A DNA stretch of 64,000 bases, taken from NCBI GenBank assembly GCA_029856145.1, contig JAHQWK010000025.1, positions 30,582 through 94,581 of the forward strand, in the 5' to 3' direction. This document shows, piece by piece, positions 40,652 through 50,235 of the stretch (position 1 is the stretch's first letter; each line of letters opens with the position of its first letter). The position numbers and the translations under genes are program-made. The notes beneath the pieces were generated by a model that did no database searches, was not told where the DNA came from, and was given only the letters and a program-made list of their open reading frames with translations. Origin of the DNA: Promethearchaeia archaeon (lineage in GTDB: Archaea; Asgardarchaeota; Lokiarchaeia; Sigyniarchaeales; SOKP01).

Positions 40652-40721
40652 TATCTTTATATTGTATTTAATATAGAAACAAGTAAAAATTTTAGTATTT
40701 TAAACCAAAAGTGAAAAAAAA

Positions 40722-41576
40722 ATGTCAGACGCAGGGATTGAACCGACTTATATCGGAAAAAATGAAAACCTGGTATTTATCATTCCCAATGAACTCTTTA
40801 ATATGAGCTTAGGTCCGGCGGAAGTCTTGGATCGCGAAACTGCTAAATTATTTAGTAAATATCTCAGAGGTACATTTAAAGGGTTTCAACAATCAAGGAA
40901 GACGAAATATGGGAACGAAAATAATACAAAAACAGAAACCACTTCTGATTTTTGGGAGCAATTTGAAAAAAAAGCTAGCGGACTTGATGTAAATTTTATA
41001 GGGTATACTCCTGTTAATGAAAACTATATTTTTAAAGGTCTTAAAGTATACGGAAAAAATGCAATAGTACTTGCAATGGAAATGAAATGGGATCAAATCA
41101 AAACAGCTCCAGGAGCTATTTGTGAAATTGAAGTATTTAGGGTCTACAAAGTATTAGGTGATGTAACAATTGAATTGGCTGAATTTTTAAAGGAACAAGG
41201 TTATAAAAGTGAAGCACATCATCCTTTTGGTGGAAAACTTCTATATGGACCACATGCTATAGCTGCTAATTTAGGAATAATGGGAAGAAATGGATTAATT
41301 ATTACACCTGAATTTGGACCACGACAAAGGTGGAGTATAATTACCACCGATGCAGAAATCCCTAAAGCAAAAGAAAGAGACTTTAGTGAATTAAAGGAAT
41401 TCTGTGAAAGATGTGGTATCTGTGTGAAGGAATGTATAGGAGGAGCAGTTTTAGAAACCCCAATTAAAAAAGGAAATGGTGTAGTCACACATATAGATCG
41501 ATCTAAATGTATTCAAAGTATATTGGATAATAATTATTGTAGTTATTGCTTGAGGATATGTATGCCTTCAAGTTGA
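40722..41576 (+). CDS. Reductive dehalogenase/QueG-like cobalamin- and 2x[4Fe-4S] protein
   Basis: 'A.AANLG.MGRNGLIITPEFGPRQR...ITTD', FCERCGICVKEC, C...CSYCLRIC; no Tat signal. Confidence 0.75.
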   Translation: MSDAGIEPTYIGKNENLVFIIPNELFNMSLGPAEVLDRETAKLFSKYLRGTFKGFQQSRKTKYGNENNTKTETTSDFWEQFEKKASGLDVNFIGYTPVNENYIFKGLKVYGKNAIVLAMEMKWDQIKTAPGAICEIEVFRVYKVLGDVTIELAEFLKEQGYKSEAHHPFGGKLLYGPHAIAANLGIMGRNGLIITPEFGPRQRWSIITTDAEIPKAKERDFSELKEFCERCGICVKECIGGAVLETPIKKGNGVVTHIDRSKCIQSILDNNYCSYCLRICMPSS

Positions 41577-41686
41577 TCCTAAAAATTAACTTAATATAAA
41601 TTTTTTATTATCAAATTATAAAAGTTATATTCAAATTGTTTTAACCTTTTTAATAAACTGTAATAAACCTACTTTCTTGAGAAAAA

Positions 41687-44449
41687 ATGACTGAATCTGA
41701 TGATAAATTAGCTGATGAAAAAATTAAAGGAACAGCTTCAATAGAAAAGCTTAGAAAAGTTAACGCTGCTGCTAATTATTGTTATGAATGTAATCGCTGT
41801 GTGAATGTTTGCCCAGTAGCATTTCTAGATATTTTCAATCCCCGTGAATTAATTACTGATTTAGTTTTCCTAACACCAGAAGAAGCTTTACAAAATAATG
41901 ATATATGGAAGTGTCTTACCTGTGGATTATGCTCAATTTATTGCCCAATGACTAAGGAAGACACTGGAGTAAACTTCACCCAAATTATTAAGGATCTTCG
42001 CTCTCTTGTTTCAGAGTATGAACCATTACAAAAGGGGTTATTAAGTTGTAATCATGAAAGGGTATACTCAAGTCTTCCAAAATTGATGGCTGAAGACAAA
42101 ATTAAATTTACTAATAAAATAGGATTCTTAGAAGGAACGGGATTAAAGACAACTGATAATGGAGAAATTGGATATTTTATGGGATGTGTTCCGTTTCTAA
42201 CAGGCACGGCACCATGTGTTGTTGGATGTCCTGCTGAAGTAGACGTTCAAGGATACGTATCACTTATTGCAGAAGGTAAATTTCAAGAAGCTATCGATCT
42301 GATAAGAGAAACTAATCCATTACCATTCTTATGTGGAAGGATTTGTACAGCTCAATGTGCATTAAATTGTAACCGTCAACATTTTGATGATCCAGTAGCT
42401 ATACGTGAACTTAAGCGGTTTGTTTGTGACTGGGAAGCTGAGCATCCTAATCAAAGTAAAATTAAACCCGTCCCTCAAACTAAGGAAAAGGTTGCTATTA
42501 TTGGTGCGGGGCCAGGTGGATTATCAGCAGCATATTTTCTCGCAAGGATGGGATATAAACCGACTATTTTCGAGAAGGGAGATAAAACTGGTGGAGTAGT
42601 AAGATATGGTGTCCCACAGTACAGACTTTCTGATGAGGCACTTGACCATGATATAGATTTTATAAAAAGCATGGGAGTAGAAATTGTTTTAAATAAAGAA
42701 TTTGGTCCAGATTTCACAATAGAAAATATTTGGGAGCAAGGTTATAAAGCAATCTTTATTGCTGTAGGTTTGTATGTCCCCAAAACTCTCAGACTTGAAG
42801 GTGAAGAATTACCCAATGTAGACGTAGCAATTGATTTTCTTTTAGAGCGGAAGTATAAATGTGCTGCAAATCCAGAAGAATTTAAAGGTAAAACTTTTGG
42901 TATTATCGGAGGTGGAGCAGTAGCAGTTGATGTTGGCGAAACAGCAATTCGACTCGGAGCAACTAAAGCTGATCTTGTCGATATTTTAACTGAAGAAGCA
43001 TTAAAAAATGTACTTAAGGACTTACATGAAGCTGAGAGAGAAGTGATAAAATACCATTTTGAAACATCAACAACAAATATCACTCAAGAACCTGATGGAA
43101 AATTAGCTTTAAATTGCTATAAAATTGAATGGGGTGTTCCTGATCCTAAAACAGGAAGGAGACCCTTAAGTAAAATTGAAGGTTCAGAATTTAAGATTGT
43201 AGTTGATTATATCGTTATTGCTATTGGTCAAGGACTTGATCCAGAACCTATTAAAGCTGCTACAGATAATCAATTAAAAATTGAAAGAGGCAAAATTGTA
43301 GTAGATGATTTAACCTATGAAACTGGCATCCCAGGGGTTTTTGCTGGCGGTGACATAATTTATAATTCGTTAATGTGTGCTGTTGATGCCATTGGAGATG
43401 GAAGAGAAGCGGCATTTACCATTGATCGTTATCTCCGCGGGCTTGATTTTAAAGAAGGAAGGATAAGGAAGGATGATTTAAAGCGATCCACAATTCCTAA
43501 AAAATATATTCAAACCCAATCATGCCAAGAAATGAATTTCATGCCAGGTAATGAAAGGCTTGTTTGTTTTGATGAAATGGAAATAGGATTTAGTATAGAT
43601 CAAGCAAAGAAAGAAGCTAATAGATGCTTAAATTGTAATTGCTGTTGTAATCATGATCAGATACCAGAAGATTTTGAAAATGCGCTTGATGCCTCTGGAG
43701 TTATGATCTGTGATTATGGGAGTCAAGATAATTTACCATCACTGAATTCACCTAATTATTTTGAAATCCCGAAAAGTGTTATAGGAATTTTAAATCAAAA
43801 TGATATAGTTCCAGTTGTCTTACCAGAAGAAAAATGTTGCGGGCATGATAGTCTTTGGCAAGGAGATGTTGATACCTTTAAAAAATTAGCAGAATATAAT
43901 GTAAAACTATTTAAAGATGCAGGAGTTAAAACTTTAATCTTTAGTTGTGCTGAAGGATATTATACTTGGAAAAATGAATATAAAAATCTGTTTAAAGGCA
44001 GCGATAAGTTCGACTTTGAGATTTACCATATTACTGAATATATATTAAAAGAAAATCTGTTAGAAGATATAACTTTTCCTAGCTTTGACAAAATTAAAGT
44101 GACTTATCATGATCCATGCAGACTTGGGAGAATGAGTAATGTTTTCGAAGCACCACGTGAGGTATTGAAACTTATACCATCTGTAGAATTAATAGAAATG
44201 GAAGATACTATGCAGGATGCAGAATGTTGCGGAGTTTCTGCATATGTTTCTTGTAATCAAGATTCAAAAAAATTACAAGAGAAAAAAATCTTGCAAGCAA
44301 TAGAAACTGGAGCAGAATACATAATTACAGCATGCCCTAAATGTATTGCTCATTTAAACTGTTACCTAAATGAAAATAGAGATTTAAAAAATAAGATAAA
44401 AGTTATTGATCTTGTAAGTTTTCTAGGAAAGCTTCTCTTTCTCATCTAA
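41687..44449 (+). CDS. HdrD/GlpC-like Fe-S oxidoreductase with a nested GltD/NfnB-like FAD/NAD(P) module
   Basis: N-terminal 2x CxxCxxCxxxCP; YFMGC (aa ~167); GltD module APCVVGCP...IIGAGPGG...RCLNC (aa ~175-650); then KCCG, YHDPC, ECCG, TACPKC CCG motifs. Confidence 0.85.
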   Translation: MTESDDKLADEKIKGTASIEKLRKVNAAANYCYECNRCVNVCPVAFLDIFNPRELITDLVFLTPEEALQNNDIWKCLTCGLCSIYCPMTKEDTGVNFTQIIKDLRSLVSEYEPLQKGLLSCNHERVYSSLPKLMAEDKIKFTNKIGFLEGTGLKTTDNGEIGYFMGCVPFLTGTAPCVVGCPAEVDVQGYVSLIAEGKFQEAIDLIRETNPLPFLCGRICTAQCALNCNRQHFDDPVAIRELKRFVCDWEAEHPNQSKIKPVPQTKEKVAIIGAGPGGLSAAYFLARMGYKPTIFEKGDKTGGVVRYGVPQYRLSDEALDHDIDFIKSMGVEIVLNKEFGPDFTIENIWEQGYKAIFIAVGLYVPKTLRLEGEELPNVDVAIDFLLERKYKCAANPEEFKGKTFGIIGGGAVAVDVGETAIRLGATKADLVDILTEEALKNVLKDLHEAEREVIKYHFETSTTNITQEPDGKLALNCYKIEWGVPDPKTGRRPLSKIEGSEFKIVVDYIVIAIGQGLDPEPIKAATDNQLKIERGKIVVDDLTYETGIPGVFAGGDIIYNSLMCAVDAIGDGREAAFTIDRYLRGLDFKEGRIRKDDLKRSTIPKKYIQTQSCQEMNFMPGNERLVCFDEMEIGFSIDQAKKEANRCLNCNCCCNHDQIPEDFENALDASGVMICDYGSQDNLPSLNSPNYFEIPKSVIGILNQNDIVPVVLPEEKCCGHDSLWQGDVDTFKKLAEYNVKLFKDAGVKTLIFSCAEGYYTWKNEYKNLFKGSDKFDFEIYHITEYILKENLLEDITFPSFDKIKVTYHDPCRLGRMSNVFEAPREVLKLIPSVELIEMEDTMQDAECCGVSAYVSCNQDSKKLQEKKILQAIETGAEYIITACPKCIAHLNCYLNENRDLKNKIKVIDLVSFLGKLLFLI

Positions 44450-44651
44450 GATATCAATTGATATTTCATATTTTTTTATTTGAGTCTCAATAAAGATTTT
44501 TTACACTTTTGTAAGTCTCATATAATCAATCATAATAATGTAGAGAATAATTTTAAAGAACGAGATTTTTAGGATTAACAAATAACCTTTAAAATTTTGA
44601 TACTTTATTTTTTCATAATTATTTACTATAAAAAATAACTCATAAATAATA

Positions 44652-46583
44652 GTGAAAAACATGAGTAAGACTAAAGAAATACCTATTCCTGATAAGATTT
44701 CGGGTTTTACGCAAGTTAGACTTGATGTAGATCTAACAGATGGAAAGATTAGTAAATCTACATTATCTAATGAGTTTTGCCGGGACTGGATTGGAGGTTA
44801 CGGATTCGCGAGTAAAATTCTATGGGATGAATGCCCAACGGGAGTTGATCCCCTAAGCCCAGAAAACGTGTTTGTATATGCACATGGCCCATTTCCAGCT
44901 ACTATATTACCAACAAGTTCTAAATATGGAGTATTTGCTAAATCTCCATTAACTGGTATGTTTGGCATGGCAATATCCTCTGGATCTGTTGGAGCTCAAG
45001 CTCGCCGCGCTGGTATCAATATGATTGTAATCAAAGGTAAAGCACCAGAACTTTCATACTTGGTTGTGGATGATGATGATTATTATGTCGTTCCATGCCC
45101 AGAACTTGCGGGAAAAGGTTGTTGGGAGACAGAAGAACACTTGAGAGAAGAATTTCAAGATCAGAGATTGGCAGTTATGGCAATTGGTCCTGCTGGAGAA
45201 CGAATGAGCAAAATGGCGTGCATAACCAATGATCGCAATAGACAAGCAGGAAGAACTGGGATGGGCGCAGTTATGGGGTCTAAAAATCTTAAAGCTGTAT
45301 GCTTTAGAGGTACTAAAGGCGTGAAAGTAGCATCCCCAGTTGAGTTTTATAAATTAGCTAAAAAATTAATTAAAGTTGCTAATGGCCCTGCTACAGCTAA
45401 ATATCGAGATTTAGGAACTCCTGCAGGCTTAACAAGCTATAACAAACTGGGAATGATGCCTACATTTAATCACCGCGAGGGAACTTGGGAAAAAATTGAT
45501 GATGGAACTTTTACGGGAGATACACTTAATAATGACTGGGTGGTAAAAAAGGTTGCATGTTCTCAATGTTCAATTGCGTGTGATCATATTGCTAAAGTAC
45601 CAAAGACACATCCTCATTGGCCTAACTTATATGCTAGTATAGATGTAGAGCTTTGTTATTCATTTGGAACAAATATGGGTACTTCTGATTGGCCAACGGT
45701 ATTTAAATGTGTTCAATTATGCGATGATTTAGGTATTGACGCAATCTCAGGCGGGGTAACGGCCTCAATGGCGGCAGAATTGTTTGATCTAGGGCTTATA
45801 ACTAAAAAGGATTTAGGCTATGAATTACCATTCGGTTCAACGGTCAATTTAGTGAAATTCACAGAAGAAATGTGTCTTGGAAAAGGATTTGCAGGTGAAA
45901 TCTTTGGAGATGGTTGTAAACAAGCAGGAATTCGATTAGAAGAAAAAGGAATAAAAAACGCAGGCTATTACGGAATGCACATAAAAGGCTTAGAAATGCC
46001 CGCTTTTGACCTTCATGGTATGACGTCCTTTGCGGTTGGAGAAAGTGTTTCAATTAGAGGGGCATGCCATTTAAGAAATGGAGCCTATGGACTCGATGCT
46101 AAAGGAAAGTTCGACAGGTTCGGATACGATAAAGGTCTCGAACGTGGTAATTCAATAGTGGCAGTTGAAGATGTTTATGGCATAATTGATTCTTATATAA
46201 TATGTAAATTCACTCGTGGAATTTACGAAAATGATGCCGAAATGGCAAAAGTGTTTGAGCTTGTAACTGGTATTCCACACACAGAAAAATCATTGCTGAC
46301 AAGAGGAGCTGCAATAGTTACGCTTTCTAAATGTTTCAACATTCGAGAAGGATGGATAAGAGATCATGATCACCCTCCTGAGAGGTTCTTTAAGGAATCA
46401 CACACAAAAGGACCAGCTAAAGGAGTTACTTTAAAGGAAGATGGATATCAAACGTTATTAAGTGGTTATTATGAAGCTAGAGGTTGGGACACCAAAACAG
46501 GAATTCCAACTGATGAAACATTAAAGTCTCTTGGATTAGATTTTGTAATTGGTAAATTACAGCCTGCTGGAGGTAAGAAATAA
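44652..46583 (+). CDS. Tungsten aldehyde:ferredoxin oxidoreductase family protein (start possibly ATG 44661)
   Basis: AGRTGMGAVMGSKNLKAV, CSQCSIAC, GIDAIS, KGLEMPAFD, RGACHL, YYEARGWD. Confidence 0.93.
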   Translation: MKNMSKTKEIPIPDKISGFTQVRLDVDLTDGKISKSTLSNEFCRDWIGGYGFASKILWDECPTGVDPLSPENVFVYAHGPFPATILPTSSKYGVFAKSPLTGMFGMAISSGSVGAQARRAGINMIVIKGKAPELSYLVVDDDDYYVVPCPELAGKGCWETEEHLREEFQDQRLAVMAIGPAGERMSKMACITNDRNRQAGRTGMGAVMGSKNLKAVCFRGTKGVKVASPVEFYKLAKKLIKVANGPATAKYRDLGTPAGLTSYNKLGMMPTFNHREGTWEKIDDGTFTGDTLNNDWVVKKVACSQCSIACDHIAKVPKTHPHWPNLYASIDVELCYSFGTNMGTSDWPTVFKCVQLCDDLGIDAISGGVTASMAAELFDLGLITKKDLGYELPFGSTVNLVKFTEEMCLGKGFAGEIFGDGCKQAGIRLEEKGIKNAGYYGMHIKGLEMPAFDLHGMTSFAVGESVSIRGACHLRNGAYGLDAKGKFDRFGYDKGLERGNSIVAVEDVYGIIDSYIICKFTRGIYENDAEMAKVFELVTGIPHTEKSLLTRGAAIVTLSKCFNIREGWIRDHDHPPERFFKESHTKGPAKGVTLKEDGYQTLLSGYYEARGWDTKTGIPTDETLKSLGLDFVIGKLQPAGGKK

Positions 46584-47138
46584 ATGTCAAAAAGCATTAA
46601 AAAGAGAGGCGGAGTAGTTCACCAATTTATAATTGTTGACCCAAATTTATGCACGGGCTGTGAGACATGTGAATCTATTTGTTCTTTCGTCCATGACGGC
46701 GAATTCAACCCAATAAACACACGGATCCACAGAGTACGTATTGAACCAATTTTAAATGTCGCATTAGCATGTCAAAAATGTGATGATGCTCCATGTGTAC
46801 GCAGTTGTCCTGAAAAAGCTTTAGAGCAGGATAAAGAAACTGGCTCGATTATTGTCGATGATGACAAATGTAATGGTTGCGCCTTCTGTATTCGTGCATG
46901 CGATTTTGGAGTTCTCAGTTTACATATCCAGACTCAGAAAGCTCTCATCTGCGATTTATGCGAGACTATGAAGGAAGATTATATTGATCCTGAGAGAGGA
47001 GAAAGATATCCAGCTTGCATTGATGTCTGTCCAAAAGAAGCTATCTCATTAAAAGATGTAGAACAAATTGGTGAAGAAAAACGGATTGATGCGGTAAAAC
47101 GCCTTTTTGGCGAAATCCTAAAAGAAACTGAAGCTTAA
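46584..47138 (+). CDS. 4Fe-4S dicluster (DmsB/HydN-like) electron-transfer subunit of AOR
   Basis: Four Cys clusters; start abuts the AOR stop (taaatg). Confidence 0.9.
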   Translation: MSKSIKKRGGVVHQFIIVDPNLCTGCETCESICSFVHDGEFNPINTRIHRVRIEPILNVALACQKCDDAPCVRSCPEKALEQDKETGSIIVDDDKCNGCAFCIRACDFGVLSLHIQTQKALICDLCETMKEDYIDPERGERYPACIDVCPKEAISLKDVEQIGEEKRIDAVKRLFGEILKETEA

Positions 47139-47155
47139 ATCTAAATTTTTATTAT

Positions 47156-47350
47156 TTATATTTTTTTCTTAATCTTAATGTTTATTAAAATAAGGTAAAT
47201 TTGGGTTATTTTATTTATATCCCTATTTACAAGTTTCCCGATAATTGCGTCAATAACAATTAAGCCAGCACTAATGAATGGTACGATAATTCCTAATTGA
47301 ACGCCATATATTACCCAAAAAAGCCAATAATATTTTTTAATTTCACTCAA
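47156..47350 (-). CDS. Small hypothetical membrane protein (uncertain)
   Basis: 64-aa ORF with a hydrophobic N-terminal half; may be a remnant. Confidence 0.35.
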   Translation of the reverse strand: MSEIKKYYWLFWVIYGVQLGIIVPFISAGLIVIDAIIGKLVNRDINKITQIYLILINIKIKKKI

Positions 47351-47599
47351 AATGATTTATCTTCATTTTTTTACTAATGGTTTTCAAATCATCTATTAAT
47401 ATTTCATTTTCGCTTTAAAATTTATAAAAAAAATTCAGATCTTAATTAAAATGATATGAAATTTCATAATAATTGAGTTTTAATAATATAGACTATTTAC
47501 AATCACATAATACATTTCTCAGAAATGTTCTAAGAACTGAGAGCAAGTATGGTTAATCTTTAATAATTAGGAGGTTAAGATTAACAAAGGTGAATAAGA

Positions 47600-49576
47600 T
47601 TGTCTGAAAAACAGACCAAAGAAAATAATAACGAAGATCAACCAAGAATAGGTGTGTTTGTGTGTCACTGAGGTATCAATATTGCGGGGATCTTAGACAT
47701 TCCAAGGATAGTCGAAGAAATAGGTAAATTAGATAATGTTTGGGCTTATCCATATCTATCATTATGTACTGAAGGCGGATCTACAGAAATCAAGGAGAAG
47801 CATGAAGAATTTAAATTTGATAGGGTTTTAGTTGCCGCATGTACTCCAAAAACTCATCAACCTGTGTTCCATGCAATATTATCAGAGATGGGATTACCAC
47901 CAAGATATTTGGAGTTTGTAAACATTCGAGAGCATTGTTCTTTTGTACACCAAGCTCCAGAAGTACGTGAAAAAGCTAATCTAAAAGCTATTGAATTAAT
48001 CAAAGCAGGGATCGCCAGATCGAAATTATTAGAGGATGTTCCTACTAAAACTGTTCCGGTAGAACCAGCTGCTTTAGTGGTAGGTGGAGGAATTGCAGGA
48101 TTATCTGCTGCCATCGATTTAGGAGATGGAGGATATAAAGTATATTTAGTTGAAAAGAATACGACTATTGGTGGACGCATGTCTCAACTTGATAGAACCT
48201 TCCCTACAGATGATTGTTCTATATGAATCTTGGGACCAAAAATGCTTGAAGCAAATCGCCATCCAAATATAGAAATATTGTCTTACAGTGAAGTCTCGGA
48301 AATTGATGGTTTTATTGGCAACTTTGAAGTTAAAGTTAAAAGAAAAGCTCGATTTGTAGATGAAACGAAATGTACCGGATGCGGTACTTGTACTGATGTA
48401 TGTCCTGTATATACCAGCAATTATTTTGATGAACATTTATCTGCAAGAAAAGTTATTGATATTGCTTTTGCTCAAGCAGTACCAGCAATATCACAACTTG
48501 AAAGGGATGTATGCATTGAATGTTTTGCATGTGTTGACGCATGTGACCAATCAGCTATAGATTTCAGTCAGCAGGATGAAATTGTAGAACTTAAAGTTGG
48601 TACGATAATAGTCGCTACTGGTTGGGACCTTTACCAAGGTGATGACTATGGATATGGTATTTATGACAATGTAATCAACCAAATACAACTAGAGAGAATA
48701 ATAGCACCAAATGGGCCAACCTATGGACACTTAAAGCGACCATCTGATGGCAAACGTCCAACCAAGATATTGTTCATTAACTGCGTTGGATCTAGAGATG
48801 TAAATAAGAATGCTCATTGCAGTGTTATCTGTTGTAATCTTTCTCTTAAAAATTCTAAATTAATTAAAGCAGAGTACCCTGATTCTCAAATCGTTTGTTG
48901 TTATATAGATATGCGATGTGCTGGGAAAGATTATGAAGAATATTACAGAAGAACTCGAGATGCTGGAATAATATTTGTCAAGGGATTGGTTGGTAAGATC
49001 GAAGAAGATCCTTTAACTAAGAACCTTAAAGCACAGTTTGAACCAGTTGGAACTAATTCTGTTGTTACAATGGAAGCTCATATGGTTGTATTATCATCTG
49101 CTTCACTTCCATCTCAAGGTACAGTAGAAATTGCTAAAGTACTGAAAATGGAAAAAAGTCCTGATGGTTTCTTAAAAGAATATCATCCTCGGCTTGATCC
49201 AATTAGTACAAAAGTACCTGGTATATATATCTGTGGCTCTGCTCAAGGTCAGAAGGAGATTGATAAAACAGTAAGTCAAGCTCGAGGAGCTGCATCAGTA
49301 GCAAGTATTCCAATGGGTAAAGGAGAATATACTATGGAATTAATTCGAGCGACTCCATCAGATGAACGTTGCGCTAAATGTTATAAGTGTATTGAAGCTT
49401 GCCCATATACTGCGATTTCAGTAAATGAGAATGGTAACCTTGTTGTTGACTTAATAAATTGTCGAGGTTGCGGAACATGTGCGTCTTTATGTCCATCTAA
49501 AGCTATTGAATTAACTTACTTTAGAGATGATCAATATATGGCGTTAGTAGATGAATTATTACCAATAGTGGAGTAA
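47600..49576 (+). CDS. hdrA: Heterodisulfide reductase subunit A, selenoprotein with 2 Sec (658 aa)
   Basis: One frame from TTG 47600 (after AGGTGA) through TGA 47669-47671 (RIGVFVCH-U-GINIAG) and TGA 48224-48226 (TFPTDDCSI-U-ILGPKM) to TAA 49576. Both TGAs sit at conserved HdrA Cys positions. The track ORFs 47864..48226 and 48230..49576 are fragments of this gene. Confidence 0.93.
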
Positions 49577-49589
49577 AGAGGTAATGAAA

Positions 49590-50048
49590 ATGGCAGAAGA
49601 TAATGATATTAAAATTATAGTTTATGCTTGCTGGAAATGAGGGTATGGTAGTGCCGACATGGCAGGTACTATTCGAGCACAATATCCGGATTCCATCAGA
49701 AATGTTTTAGTACCTTGTGCTGGACGCGTTGGACCTGATTTAGTAATGCGAGCATTTGGAAGAGGCGCAGATGGTGTAGTCATTAACGCTTGATACCCTG
49801 GAGAATGTGATTATGAAACAGGAATTTATCACGCATATCGACAAGTCGAATATATTAAAGAAATTCTAAAAGTCGTTGGATTAAGTCCTGATAGAATTAA
49901 AATAATCTATTGTACTGCAGCTGAAGGTCAGAAATTTCAAATTGAAGCTATAGAAATCGATAAAACAATCCGTAAATTAGGACCAAGTCCTCTACGTACA
50001 AAAGGCACACCTAAAAAAGGAAAAGCTAAAGCAAAAGCTAAGGCTTAA
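49590..50048 (+). CDS. mvhD: MvhD/VhuD [2Fe-2S] hydrogenase/Hdr adaptor, selenoprotein with 2 Sec (152 aa); absent from the ORF track
   Basis: MAEDNDIKIIVYACWK-U-GYGSADMAG...VPCAGRV...GADGVVINA-U-YPGECDY...AAEG...KLGPSPL; TGA at 49638-49640 and 49791-49793 match the CxxC and GCHxGxC Cys of MvhD; SD GAGGT 7 nt upstream. Confidence 0.92.
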
Positions 50049-50056
50049 TAAATTTA

Positions 50057-50129
50057 ATGTGTTTACTGATGAGACTGAGTTAAAAAAACGAGAACTCAGT
50101 TGAAGAAATGGTTGCACCATATAACACAT
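50057..50129 (+). promoter_or_regulatory. Eukaryote-like SECIS element (3' UTR)
   Basis: Helix I AUGUGUU(50057-63)/AACACAU(50123-29); core AUGA(50069-72)...GA(50102-03); helix II GACUGAGUU/AACUCAGUU; apical loop starting with A7; begins 8 nt after the mvhD stop. Confidence 0.88.
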
Positions 50130-50235
50130 AAAAATGGTTTGATAAAATTTAATAAAAATATTTAAAATTTATTCCAAAAATTTGGGAAATTTAAGAAAAA
50201 AGAATAGTATAGTATATAGATAGAGTTGGAATTGC

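Noticed and set aside
41574-41582. TGA ending the RdhA-like gene as a possible C-terminal Sec
   Set aside because: Not at a Cys motif position, followed by TCC TAA, and no SECIS-like structure downstream
44450-44491. Short palindromes ATATCAATTGATAT and TTGAG-T-CTCAA upstream of the AOR operon
   Set aside because: Single AT-rich occurrences with no second copy seen; cannot be distinguished from chance or terminator sequence
47600-50048. In-frame TGAs as pseudogene lesions or as a genome-wide UGA reassignment (Trp/Gly)
   Set aside because: All four fall on conserved Cys positions and a SECIS follows. TGA is an ordinary stop in other genes here (e.g. ends at 35035, 35633, 36373, 57167), and Trp is encoded by TGG
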